A stretch of 64,000 nt of DNA from positions 12,524,001-12,588,000 of the forward strand of contig OY740808.1 of assembly GCA_963514005.1 (NCBI GenBank), written 5' to 3'. Both the position numbers and the translations under genes were made by a program. Positions within the stretch are counted from its first letter, which is position 1, and each line of letters starts with the position of its first letter. The notes under the pieces are model-generated. The model was not told where the DNA came from. It searched no databases and saw only the letters and a program-made list of their open reading frames with translations. Below, piece after piece: positions 39,795 through 51,229 of the stretch. This DNA is from Raja brachyura (Eukaryota).

Positions 39795-39996
39795 TAATAA
39801 TAAAACACAACAGGCGGACAGGTATTTGGCACTTTGATAGGATACGTGAACGATTTTCCCAATGGAGATTCGATCGCGGTCGGTGATTTAGAAAGTATAA
39901 TCTTTAAAACCCTTTCGTTTGAACTATTCATTAACACAAAACTAACTATTTTTACTGCAGTATCAAGAACGAATAGATTGGAGATATTTTACTTAC

Positions 39997-40338
39997 TGCC
40001 AATACCCAGCCTCGTCCCTTTGCCGAAGATGTAAGCATCTTTCCACACAGCACAGTAGTAGTCCGCGGCGTCCTCCGATTGCACGTTCGATATTATCAAT
40101 GTTGCAGTGTTGCCTGACACTGATCCAGAGAAACGTTCAGAAACTCCCGAGCCTCTGTAAACGGAGCTGGAGTAATGGTAGAGCAGATATCGTGGCACCT
40201 TTCCGAGAATCTGCTGGTACCAGTAAACATTGTTACTTCCTAAACTGTAGCCCGATATGGTGCAGGATATTTGCACTTTCTGCCCCGGGGACGAGGACAT
40301 TGAAGGCGGCTGGTTTACTGTTGCTGCCGCATTAAGAT
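39997..40338 (-). CDS. Germline-joined Ig light chain V-J exon, cluster 2 (alternative acceptor would start at 40350)
   Basis: (Y)LNAAATVNQPPS..C..WYQQ..EDAADYYCAVWKDAYIFGKGTRLGIG; donor GTAAGT; no RSS. Confidence 0.95.
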
Positions 40339-40453
40339 CTGGAAAAATATCTGGAAAAATGGACAATATTTGAGAATCAAGAAAAATGTTAGGGAAAAAA
40401 ACGTTTGATCTACTCGATATTAAGTATCATCTCGATGGAGGTAAAATACTCAC

Positions 40454-40502
40454 AAACTGCTGAAAACGCCAACGCGTAGACTGCACGGATCCAGCAGGAC
40501 AT
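40454..40502 (-). CDS. Ig light chain leader exon, cluster 2
   Basis: MSCWIRAVYALAFSAV plus 1 nt; donor GTGAGT; 49 nt. Confidence 0.93.
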
Positions 40503-40539
40503 TGTGATGAATTGAGTGCAGTGTGTTCCCAACTTTCTC

Positions 40540-40675
40540 TCCGGGTCGGTTATAACCCGTGTAGCGAGGCGTCACGGCGCGTTCCATATTTATGCAGTCA
40601 ACAGTCAACTTAGAGTACGTGTTGCACCAATCAGAAGTTGACAGATTCTTCCTGCGGCAAATTATTTCCATATAG
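40540..40675 (-). promoter_or_regulatory. IgL cluster 2 promoter
   Basis: TATA-like ttataa near 40550, TGACG (40570-40574), CCAAT (40627-40631); homologous to the cluster 1 promoter. Confidence 0.6.
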
Positions 40676-40999
40676 TTCGCTCGATTAGGATTCTATTTCG
40701 AGTTATGTATTTCTGTCCAATTGAACATATTTTCAAGTTTTAAAATTCTGTTTTGTTTGAAACGAGACGTTATATTATCCATTGTCATTTATTTTGAATT
40801 ATTTTCATTGCGGTTGCATAGCGTTTGTTATTAGGACAAACGTTATTCATCGAATAACCTCATTATAATATCCGGTAACTGTTTATTCATTCGGGGAAAA
40901 TAAAGGGGCTCAAATGCTGAAGAATCTGATATCACGGTGCCACCATAGTGCGCGCGATTTGTTCGCTTTCCCATTTGCAACAGACCATTACTATTATTG

Positions 41000-41180
41000 C
41001 ACGATATTTGTTTATTTATTGAGTATGTGTGTGTATGTGTATATATATATATACGCACAGTGAACTTTTTTTTCTCCCGTTACGTACTATACATATTCTG
41101 TAGTATTCTGCTGTAAGTAAGAATTTCGTTTTCATATCTGGGACATATGACAATAAAACACGCTTGACTCTTGACTCTTA
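41000..41180 (+). mobile_element. Rex1-like 3' end fragment with microsatellite
   Basis: Same tail as 3050-3203 (ctgggacatatgacaataa..cttgactcttga). Confidence 0.65.
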
Positions 41181-41690
41181 CTGGCATATTGTAAACATTC
41201 CATGGTGTGGTTATGCACAATTTAACGAACGTTAACAATATTTTAGTTGAAATGGTTACACATGAATACTTTTCAAGGCGCTGGTATCACACCCGTGCCT
41301 TGCTAATTATCAATGTGCATTGGTATTGGCTTTGCGCTTGATTTTCTTGGTTGAGCGCTTATCCTCGTGTTATAGCACGTACTTTGTGTTTTACTTGTAA
41401 TTTAACCCGTGCCTTGCCAACAGGCATTGTTATGGCTAAGTTCTCTTCTGATCTCACATGATTGGACAAATTGGAGAATTCACTCAGCTTGCAAGAATTT
41501 CAGGTCCAACAACAATCTAGTTGAATTTCAGATAGAGCAATATAATCCGTTCGATTGACGCACACTCCATTCTATATATTCACTCCCTCCAAGTAACATT
41601 ACATTGTGACGACTATTGTGACGACTATGTTTGCCATTGGCAAAATGTATTGCAATTATATGTATAGCACACACGGACAACTCAGTATCC

Positions 41691-44600
41691 AATATAACCA
41701 TATAACCATATAACAATTACAGCACGGAAACAGGCCTTCTCGGCCCTTCCAGTCCGTGCCGCCCATTCATTTTCCCCTAGTCCCATCTACCTGCACTCAG
41801 ACCATACCCCTCCATTTCCTTCCCGTCCATATACCTATCCACTTTACTTTTAAATGTTAAAATCGATCCTGCCTCCACCACTTCTGAAGGAAGATCATTA
41901 CACACAGCCACCACTCTCTGAGTAAAGAAGTTCCCCCTCATGTTACCCTAAACTTCTGTCCCTTAATTCTCATGTCATGCCCTCTTGTTTGAATCTTCCC
42001 TACCCTCAATGGGAAAAGCTTATCCACGTCAACTCTGTCTATCCCTTTCATCATTTTAAAGACCTCAATCAAGTCCCCCCTTAACCTCTGCGCTTCAAAG
42101 AATAAAGACCTAACTTGTTCAACCTTTCTCTGTAACTTAGTTGCTGGAACCCAGGCAATATTCTAGTAAATCTCCTCTGTACTCTCTCCATTTTGTTGAC
42201 ATCCTTCCTATAATTAGGCGACCAAAATTGTACACCATACTCCAGAATTTGTCTTACCAATGCCTTGTACAATTTTAACATTACTTCCCTACTCCTATAT
42301 TCAATGCTCTGGTTTATAAAGGCCAGCACACCAAAAGCTTTCTTTACCACCCGATCTACTGTGAGCACTTATCAGCATTAAACTCCATCTGCCATCTTTC
42401 AGCCCACTCTTCCAAATGGCCCAAATCTCTCTGTAGACTTTGAAAATCGACTTCATTATCCACAGCACCACCTATCTTAGTATCATCTGCATACTTACTA
42501 ATCCAATTTTTCACCCCATCATCTAGATCATTGATGTACATGACAAACAACAGTGGACACAACACAGATCCCTGAGGCACCCCACTGGTCACCGGCTTCC
42601 AACCTGACAAACAGCCATCCACCATTACTCTCTGGCATCTCCCATTCAGCCACCGTTGAATCCATCTTGCTACTCCGCCATTAATACCCAAAGATTGAAC
42701 CTTCTTAATCAACCTTCCATGGGGAACCTTGTCAAATGCCTTACTGAAATCCATATAAACAACATCCACTGCTTTACCCTCATCAATTTCCCTAGTAACC
42801 TCTTCAAAAAATTCAAGAAGGTTTGTCAAACATGACCTTCCAGGCACAAATCCATGTTGACTGTTCTTGATCAGACCCTGTTTATCCAGATGCTTATATA
42901 TATTATCTCGAAGTATCCCTTCCATTAATTTGCTCACCACTGACGTCAAACTAACAGGTCTATAATTGCTAGGTTTATTCTTTGAACCCTTTTTAAACAA
43001 TGGAACAACATGCGCAGTATGCCAATTCTCCGGCACTATTCCTGTTTCTAATTACATTTGAAATATTTCTGTCATAGCTCCTGCTATTTCTACACTAACT
43101 TCCCTCAATGTCCTAGGGAATATCCTGTCAGGACCTGGAGACTTATCCACTTTTATATTTTTCAAAAGTGTCAGTACTTCCTCCTCTTTGAATCTTATAG
43201 TTTCCATAGCTACTCTACTTTTTTCCCTTACCTCACAGAGTTCAATATCTTTCTCCTTGGTGAATACCGAAGAAAGGAAATTGTTCAATATCTCCCCAAT
43301 CTCTTTTGGCTCTGCAGATAGCCAACCATTCTGGCTCTCTAATGGTCCAATTTTATCCCTCATTATCCTTTTGCTATTAATATAGCTGTAGAAAGCCTTT
43401 GGATTTACTTTCACCTTTCTTGCCAAAGCAACCTCATATCTTCTTTTAACTTTTCATATTTCTTTCTTAAGATTCTTTTTACATTCTTTATACTCATCTA
43501 ACACCTCATTTACTCCATGCCTCCTATAATTATTGTAGATATCTCTCTTTTGTCGAACCAGGTGTCCAATTTCCCTTGAAAACCATGGCTCTTTCCGATT
43601 TTTACTATTTATTTTCAACCGAACCAGGACATAAAGATTCTGTACTCTTATAATTTCCCCTTAAATGTCCTCCATTTCTCTTCTACATCCTTCCCATAAA
43701 ACAAAATGTCCCAATTCACTCCTTTTAAATCATTACGCATTCCCTCAAAGTTAGCCTTTCTCCAATCAAAAATCTCATCCCTAGGTCCAGTTCTGACTCT
43801 CTCCATAATTATATTGAAATTAATGGTATTGTGATCACTGGTCCCGAAGTGCTCACCAACGCATACCTCCATCACCTGACCTGTCTCATTTCCTAACAGG
43901 AGGTCCAGCACTGCCCCTTCTCTGGTCGATACCTTTATGTATTGCTGCAAAAAACTATCCTGCACACATTTAACAAACTCCAAACCATCCAGCCCATTTA
44001 CAGAATGTGTTTCCCAGTCTATTTTTGGAAAATTGAAATCTCCCACAATCACTACCTTGTGCTTTCTACTAATATCTGCTATCTCCTTACATATTAGCTC
44101 TTCCAATTCTCGCTCCCCATTTGGCAGTCTATAATACATCCCTAAAAGTGTTGCTACACCATTCCCACTTCTCAGTTCCACCCAAATAGCCTCCCTAGAT
44201 CTATCCTGCCAAAGCACTGCTGTAATATCTTCTCTGACAAGCAATGCAACCCCTCCACCTCTGGTCCCTCCAATTCTATCACACCTGAAGGAACGAAATC
44301 CTGGAATATTTAGTTTCCAATCACAACCCTCCCGCAACCATGTTTCACTGATTGCCACAACATCATATTTCCAGGTGTCAATCCAGGCTCTAAGTTCATC
44401 CACCTTTCTTACAATGCTCCTAGCATTAAAATACACGCATTTTAGAAACCCACCATCCCTTATTCTCTGTTTATTATCTTTTTCCTCTTTCTTGCCTACA
44501 TTTTGGGTCCGAATGCTTCCCTTCTCTGCCTCTTGCCCCTCACCCTGTCCCCTAGCCCGCTCTACCCGAGTCCCTCCCCCCAGCCTTTCTAGTTTAAAGT

Positions 44601-45510
44601 CTCCTTTGCAAATCTCCCCGCCAGGATATTGGTTCCCCTCCGGTTCAAGTGCAACCCGTCCTTTTTATACAGATCATGCCTTCCCCAAAAGAGGTCCCAG
44701 TGATCAAGAAACTTGAATCCCTGCCCACTGCACCAGTCCCTCAGCCATGCATTTATCCTCCACCTCAGTCCATTTCTACTCTCACTGTCACGTGGCACAG
44801 GCAGTAATCCTGAAATTCTTACTCTTTTGGTCCTTCTCGTTAACTTTCCCCCCAACTCCCTAAATTCTCCTTTCAGGACCTCTTTTTTTCTGCCTATGTC
44901 ATTGCCCCACAACATCAAGCTCCTCTCCCCCCCTTTTCAGAATCTTTTCGACACGTTCCGACACATCCGAGACCCTGGCACCAGGGAGGCAAACTACCAT
45001 CCGGGTCTCCCGACTGTGTCCACAGAATCCCCAATCTGACCCCCTAACTATAGAGTCCCCTATTACAATTGCCGTCCTCTTTTTGCTACCCTTCTGAGCA
45101 CCAGGGCCGATCTCTGTGCCGGAGGCCCGGCCGCTGTTGCTGCCCCCAGAAAGGCTGTCCGCTCCAAACGAACTCAAACATGAGTACCTATTTTCCAGGT
45201 GTACAGCCACCGGGGTACTCTCTAGTCCCTGCCTCTGCCCCTTGCCCTTCCTAACAGTGACCCACTTGTCTGCCTCCCGTGGTCTGGGAGTGACCACCTC
45301 CCTGTAACTCCTCTCTATGACCTTCTCACTCTCCCTGACCAGACGGAGGTCCTCGAGCTGTTGCTCCAGGTTCCTAACACAGTCCTTTAGGAGCCCCATC
45401 TTGACACACCTGGCGCAGATGTGGACGTCTGGAGGGCTATCAGCTTCCCTGACCTCCCACATCTGACATCCACAACAGTACACTGCCCTGGCCTTCATAC
45501 TTGCCCCTTA
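41691..45510 (-). mobile_element. Near full-length CR1 (ORF1 Zn-finger/esterase, ORF2 EN-RT), frameshifted
   Basis: ORF1 44589-45498 (CCGCQMW..C..C, IGDSIVRG); ORF2 pieces 43648-44436, 43052-43426, 42356-43036 (YADD), 42081-42368; (atataacc)n tail on the plus strand. Confidence 0.95.
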
Positions 45511-45691
45511 CACTGGATACAATATCAACACAAAAATCTGGTAAGAACCAAGGGTATACATGGGGAAATCACCTTTGCTATACAAATCACAGTAGTAAAC
45601 AATAGTCCCGCAAACCTTTTGCAGACTATTATTTTTGCCCTCACTCTAATGTAATTCTATGTTGTAACATTATTAAGGTATGGAGAACAGG

Positions 45692-45855
45692 NNNNNNNNN
45701 NNNNNNNNNNNNNNNNNNNNNNNNNNNNNNNNNNNNNNNNNNNNNNNNNNNNNNNNNNNNNNNNNNNNNNNNNNNNNNNNNNNNNNNNNNNNNNNNNNNN
45801 NNNNNNNNNNNNNNNNNNNNNNNNNNNNNNNNNNNNNNNNNNNNNNNNNNNNNNN
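45692..45855. other. Assembly gap (164 N)
   Basis: Run of N. Confidence 1.
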
Positions 45856-46875
45856 CTAAACTCCAGAGTGTTCCAGCCCAGCTGCACCATTCGGGATGGC
45901 AGGGCATAAGACTGCCCTGCCATCCCGGGAATTAACCTTGTAAACCTACGCTGCACTCCCTTAATAGCAAGAATGTCCTTCATCAAATTAGGGGACCAAA
46001 ACTGCATACAATACTCCAGATGTGGTCTCACTAGGGCTCTGTACAACTGCAGAAGGACCTCTTTGCTCCTATATTCGATTCCTCTTTTTATAACGGCCAA
46101 CATGCCATTCGCTTTCTTCACTTCCTGTTGTACCTGCATGCTTACTTTCATAGACTGATGTACAAGGACCCCCAGATCCCATTGTATCTCCCCTTTTCCC
46201 AACTTGACGCCATTTAGAGAGTAATCTGCCTTCCTGTTTTTGCTACCAAAGTGGATAACCTCACATTTATCCGCATTAAACTTGATCTGACATGCATCTG
46301 CCCACTCCCCCTACCTGTTCAAGTCACCCTGCATTCACATAGCATCCTCCTCACAGTTCACACTGCCACCCAGCTTTGTGACATCTGCAAATTTGCTAAT
46401 GTTACTTTGAATCCCTTCATCCAAATCATTGCTGTATATTGTAAATAGCTGTGGTCCCAGCACCGAGCCTTGCGATACCCCACTAGTCACTGCCTGCCAT
46501 TCTGAAAGGGACCCGTTAATCCCTACTCTTTGTTTCCTGTCTGCCAACCACTTCTCTATCCATGTCAGCACTCTACCCCCAATACCATGTGCCCTAATTT
46601 TGCTCACTAATCTCCTATGTGGAACCTTATCAAATGCTTTCTGAAAGTCCAGGTACACTACATCCACTGGCTCTCCCTTGTCCATTTTCCGAGTTACATC
46701 TTCAAAAAATTCCAGAGGATTAGTCAAGCATGATTTCCCCTTTGTAAATCCATGCTGACTCGGACCGATCCTGTTACTGCTATCCAAATGTGCGGCCATC
46801 TCATCTTTTATGATTGACTCCAGCATCTTCCCCACCATCGATATCGGGCTAACTGGTCTATAATTCCCGTTTTCT
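45856..46875 (-). mobile_element. CR1 RT fragment, same subfamily as 11770-12660 and 29719-30703
   Basis: ORF 46335-46838 (QHGFTKGKSCLTN, YLDFQKAFDKV). Confidence 0.9.
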
Positions 46876-46878
46876 CAG

Positions 46879-46975
46879 CGAGATGGAGAGATGGAGAGAT
46901 GGAGAGATGGAGAGATGGAGAGATGTAGGGAGGGTGAGGGAGAGACAGACAGAGAGACAGGCAGACAGATAGAGC
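46879..46975. repeat. (GAGATGGA)n and (AGAC)n simple repeats
   Basis: Direct reading. Confidence 0.9.
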
Positions 46976-47358
46976 GACTTACAATGTTAAATTTGGTAAT
47001 TAAATGTTGAAGACAGCGGGTTCAAGAATTGTGAAATGTTTCCGTGCTTCATGTCAAAGGAAAACAAAGGCGGAAAGATAGACTGAGGAGCTGATGCTGT
47101 GATTTTAAAACACTGATTTAAAAAAGGTTCTTTGACATTGGTTTATTTTTTTCAGGATAGTGGCATTGTGCGTCATTCACCACACCGCCCTTAAGAAAGT
47201 GGTAATGAGCACCTTTGTGAACTGCTGAGTGGAGGTACAACACCAAACCCATTCGGAGTACCAGGTGTAATGCCAGCAATACTGATGAAATGGTGGTAAG
47301 CTGCCATTTAGGAATGGTAGTTGATTGGAGGGCGTCTTTGGGTGTTTGTAACCATTTA

Positions 47359-48972
47359 CAGTGGCTTGCAAAAGTATTCATACCCCTTGAACATTTCCAC
47401 AGTTTGTCACGTTACAACCACAACGTAAATGTATTTTATTGGGATTTTATGTGATAGACCAACACAAAGTGGTGCATAATTGTGAAGTGGAAGGAAAATG
47501 ATACATGGTTTCCAAATTATATTACAAATAAAAAACGGAAAATTGTGGCGTGCAAAAGTATTCAGCCCCCTGAGTCAATACTTTGTAGAACCATCTTTCG
47601 CTGCAATTACAGCTGCAAGTCCTTTGGGGTATGTCTCCACCAGCTTTGCACATCTAGAGATGGAAATTTCTGCCCATTCCTCTTTGCTAAATAGCTCAAG
47701 CTCAGTCAAATTGGATGGAGAGCGTCTGTGAACAGCAATTTTCAAGTCTTGCCAGAGATTCTCAATTGGATTTAGGTCTGGACTTTGACTGGGCCATTCT
47801 AACACATGAATATGCTTTGATCTAAACCATTCCAGTGTAGATCTGGCTGTATGTTGAGGGTCGTTGTCCTGCTGGAAGGTGAACCTCCGCCCCAGTCTCA
47901 AGTCTTTTGCAGACTCTAACAGGTTTTCTTCGAAGATTGCCCTGTATTTGGCTCCATCCATCTTCCCATCAACTCTGACCAGCTTCCCTGTCCCTGCTGA
48001 TGAAAAGCATCCCCACAGCATAATGCTGCCACCACCATGTTTCACAGTGGGGATGGTGTGTTCAGGGTGATGTGCAGAGTTAGTTTTCCGCCACACATAG
48101 CGTTTTGCATTTAGGCCAAAAACTTAAATTTTGGTCTCATCAGACCAGAGCACCTTCCTCCACATGTTTGCTGTGTCCCCCTCACGGCTTGTGGCAAACT
48201 GCAAATGGGACTTCTTATGGCTTTGTTTCAACAATGGCTTTCTTTTTGCCACTCTTCCATAAAGGCCCGATTTGTGGAGTGCACGACTAATAGCTGTCCT
48301 GTGGACAGATTCTCCCACCTGAGATGTGGATCTCTGCAGCTCCTCCAGAGTTACCATGGGCCTCTTGGCTACTTCTCTGATCAATGCTCTCCTTGCCCAG
48401 CCTGTCAGTTTAGGTGGACGGCCATGTCTTGGTAGGTTTGCAGTTGTGCCATACTCTTTCCATTTCGGATGATGGATTGAACAGTGCTCCGTGAGATGTT
48501 CAAAGCTTGGGATATTTCTTTATAACCTAACCCTGCTTTAAACTTCTCCACAACTCTATCCCTGACCTGTCTGGTGTGTTCCTTGGGCTTCATGATGCTG
48601 TTTGTTCACTAATGTTCTCTAACAAACCTCTGAGGCCTTCACAGAACAGCTGTATTTACACTGAGATTAGATTATACACAAGTGGACTCTATTTACTAAT
48701 TAGGTGACTTGTGAAGGCAATTGGTTGCACTGGATTTTATTTAGGGGTATCAGATTAAAGGGGGCTGAATACTCTTGCACGCCATACTTTTCAGTTTTTA
48801 ATTTGTAAAAAAAATTGAAAACCATGTATCATTTTCCTTCCACTTCACAATTATGCGCCACTTTGTGTTGGTCTATCACAAAAAATCCCCAAAAAATACA
48901 TTTACGTTTGTGGTTGTAATGTGATCAAATGTGGAAAAGTTGAAGGGGTATGAATACTTTTGCAAGCCACTG
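47359..48972 (-). mobile_element. Full-length Tc1 DNA transposon (IR/DR type, Passport-like)
   Basis: About 212-bp TIRs starting CAGTGGCTTGCAAAAGTATTCA with inner direct repeat; TA TSD at 47357-47358 and 48973-48974; 1614 bp. Confidence 0.96.
47575..48593 (-). pseudogene. Tc1 DD34E transposase, disrupted
   Basis: WSDETK / QQDND / SPDLNPIE with 34-residue spacing; frameshift near 48465 and in-frame TAA at 48124-48126. Confidence 0.93.
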
Positions 48973-49496
48973 TATCTGATAGCAGGGGGGTAATTCTCCT
49001 GTGGTAACCAGAGCTGACCTGTTGTTGGGAGTCATGCAGTCATAGCTTTATAATTCAGAAATAAATGTGGCAGCCGATCATGTCCTTGCTGACCATTAAT
49101 ACTCTCTTTACATTAATCTAATTTACTAGCATGAGGCCCATAACCTACCATGATTTTGCAATTCAGATACTTGGCCAGAAGCTTCCTAAATGTTTTGAGA
49201 GTATTTTCGTTCACCACCTTCACGCACAGTGCATGCCAGATGACAATCGCTCATTGGATGAAGAATGTCTTCCTGAATCCTTCTATACTCTTGCTGTTCA
49301 GTTTGTTCATGGACAATTCTGCTATGAGGAAAATTATCTTGTCATCTACACAGTATATGGCCCCCATTATGTCTTATATCACAATCATTTTCGCACACAG
49401 CCTCAACTACTACAAAGAAAACTACACCGGCCTACCCACGTTTTCGTCATAACTGACACTTTCCATCACAGGCAATATCCAAGATGCAATAATAAG

Positions 49497-51225
49497 CAAG
49501 ATGGCTGCTGTTGCTGTGTGAGTGTTTGTAACAAGCTCTAGTCTGATGGCTCATCTATTTGTCTACTGATGGTGTTCTGAGATACTTTTTCTACTCTAAC
49601 TCTCCTGGTGTCAATGAACAACTTTTGGTGAATTTAAAAAAGCAAGGTAAAACAACTTTAGCACTTTAGCACTAAAAATAACTAATTACTGGACTACCTT
49701 CTACCTTCTACTATTTTATTGAGTGGAAAAGATTACTGGCCTTACAATGGGTGAGCCAATTGCCCTCCAAAGTGTCCTGAATAACATGCAGCAAATGCAG
49801 CTCAACATGATATTACAAATGGACAACAAAATTGCTCCAATTGGAGCAAGTCTGACTAACATTGAAGGCTCACTTTGAATGCTTGGAGAGCAAGTACCGG
49901 AGCTTGAGCAAAGAGTTAGCTCCAGCGAGGATAATATAGTAGACCTGGTTGGACGTGTAAAATCACTTGAAAAAGAAAACGCTGATCTGAAAATTTGGGC
50001 AGATGATGCTGAGAACAGAAGCAGACGTTCCAACTTACGTTTCATCAGCATCACCGAGAGGGTCGAGTCCAAAGATATCACCGGATTCATGGGCCGTCTG
50101 ATACCGCAGCTCCTCAATGAAGCAAATTTCCCCACTCCTCGTGTGATTGAGCGCTGTCACCGTACCGGTCGCACGGATAACTCCAGAGCCAAGGGTCCGA
50201 GGCCGATCTTGGTGAAGTTCCACTATTTCCAGCGTAAGCTGAGGATAATGAAGCTCTTCCGGGAGAAAAATGTGCCCCTTGAGTACAACGGAGCTCGGAT
50301 TCATATCTACCCAGACTTCAGCGCTAGTCTTGTCCAGACACGTCGGGAGTATGATGCGGCTAAGAAGAAGCTATGCGACCGTGACATCAAATACGCATTG
50401 ATCTTTCCCTGCACACTGAGAGTTGTCCACGCTGGCAAGACACAGTTCTTTCGCACTCCTGATGAAGTTGAGACATTTCTTGGTGAGCTCTCCTCCATTA
50501 ACTCCTCCATGGACTCTGATATAACAGCCTAATGTTGGTGGCCAGTGGCTGGTGATAGCGTTAGCACAATAATGTTGTCTGCCGATGAACTCTGTGTTTA
50601 GCTGTTTCTGTTGTATTTTTTCTATAATTTTCTTATTCAACTTTTGACTTTGATAAAATGATGCCTGCTTTACTACTATCTGCCGTAAAAAGCGTCGCAA
50701 TTGACGTAAAACTTTGTAACATTAAGAGTTGAGTTTTCATTTTCCTTTCCTATACGAAATGTAAAAGGTTGTTTGAATGGTAAAGGATTGGTGTCTACAA
50801 ACAATTGATTATAATCAATTACCAATTATTTGAATATTGTAATTTGATAAATTGACAATTGAAGGCATATGAAGTTTAATCTAGATTTTCTCTCTTATTT
50901 TTATTTTTATTAACCATATGCGATAAAATGTTGCTATTTTGGGCTTCATAATGCCCAATTAATTTAAACATAAATGGTCCAGGACTTCATACTTTGATCT
51001 ATTTGCATAAATATGAGCTATGCAGACTGAGGTGTGTACGCTCGCTTTTTTTTTCTTTTTTTCTCTCTCTCTTTCTCTCAATGACGCAGCCTGATCTTGT
51101 GTGCTTTGTCTGTCCTGTCTTCTATGTGTGTGTGTTTGTGTCAATCTGTGCATGTGGCTCTCTTGTCCCCTTTCTCATGCTATTTCCCTGCCCCACTCCA
51201 CCAACATTCTATACACCCAATTGAT
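49497..51225 (+). mobile_element. L1/Tx1-type 5' UTR, ORF1 and spacer
   Basis: Starts CAAGATGGC; ORF 49879-50532 (ENRSRRSNLRF, IERCHR, PRPILVKF, IYPDFS, IFPCTLRV). Confidence 0.85.
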
Positions 51226-51229
51226 CCAC

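Noticed and set aside
41056-41062. Perfect RSS heptamer CACAGTG upstream of cluster 2
   Set aside because: No nonamer at 12 or 23 bp, not adjacent to a V or J, and inside a repeat fragment
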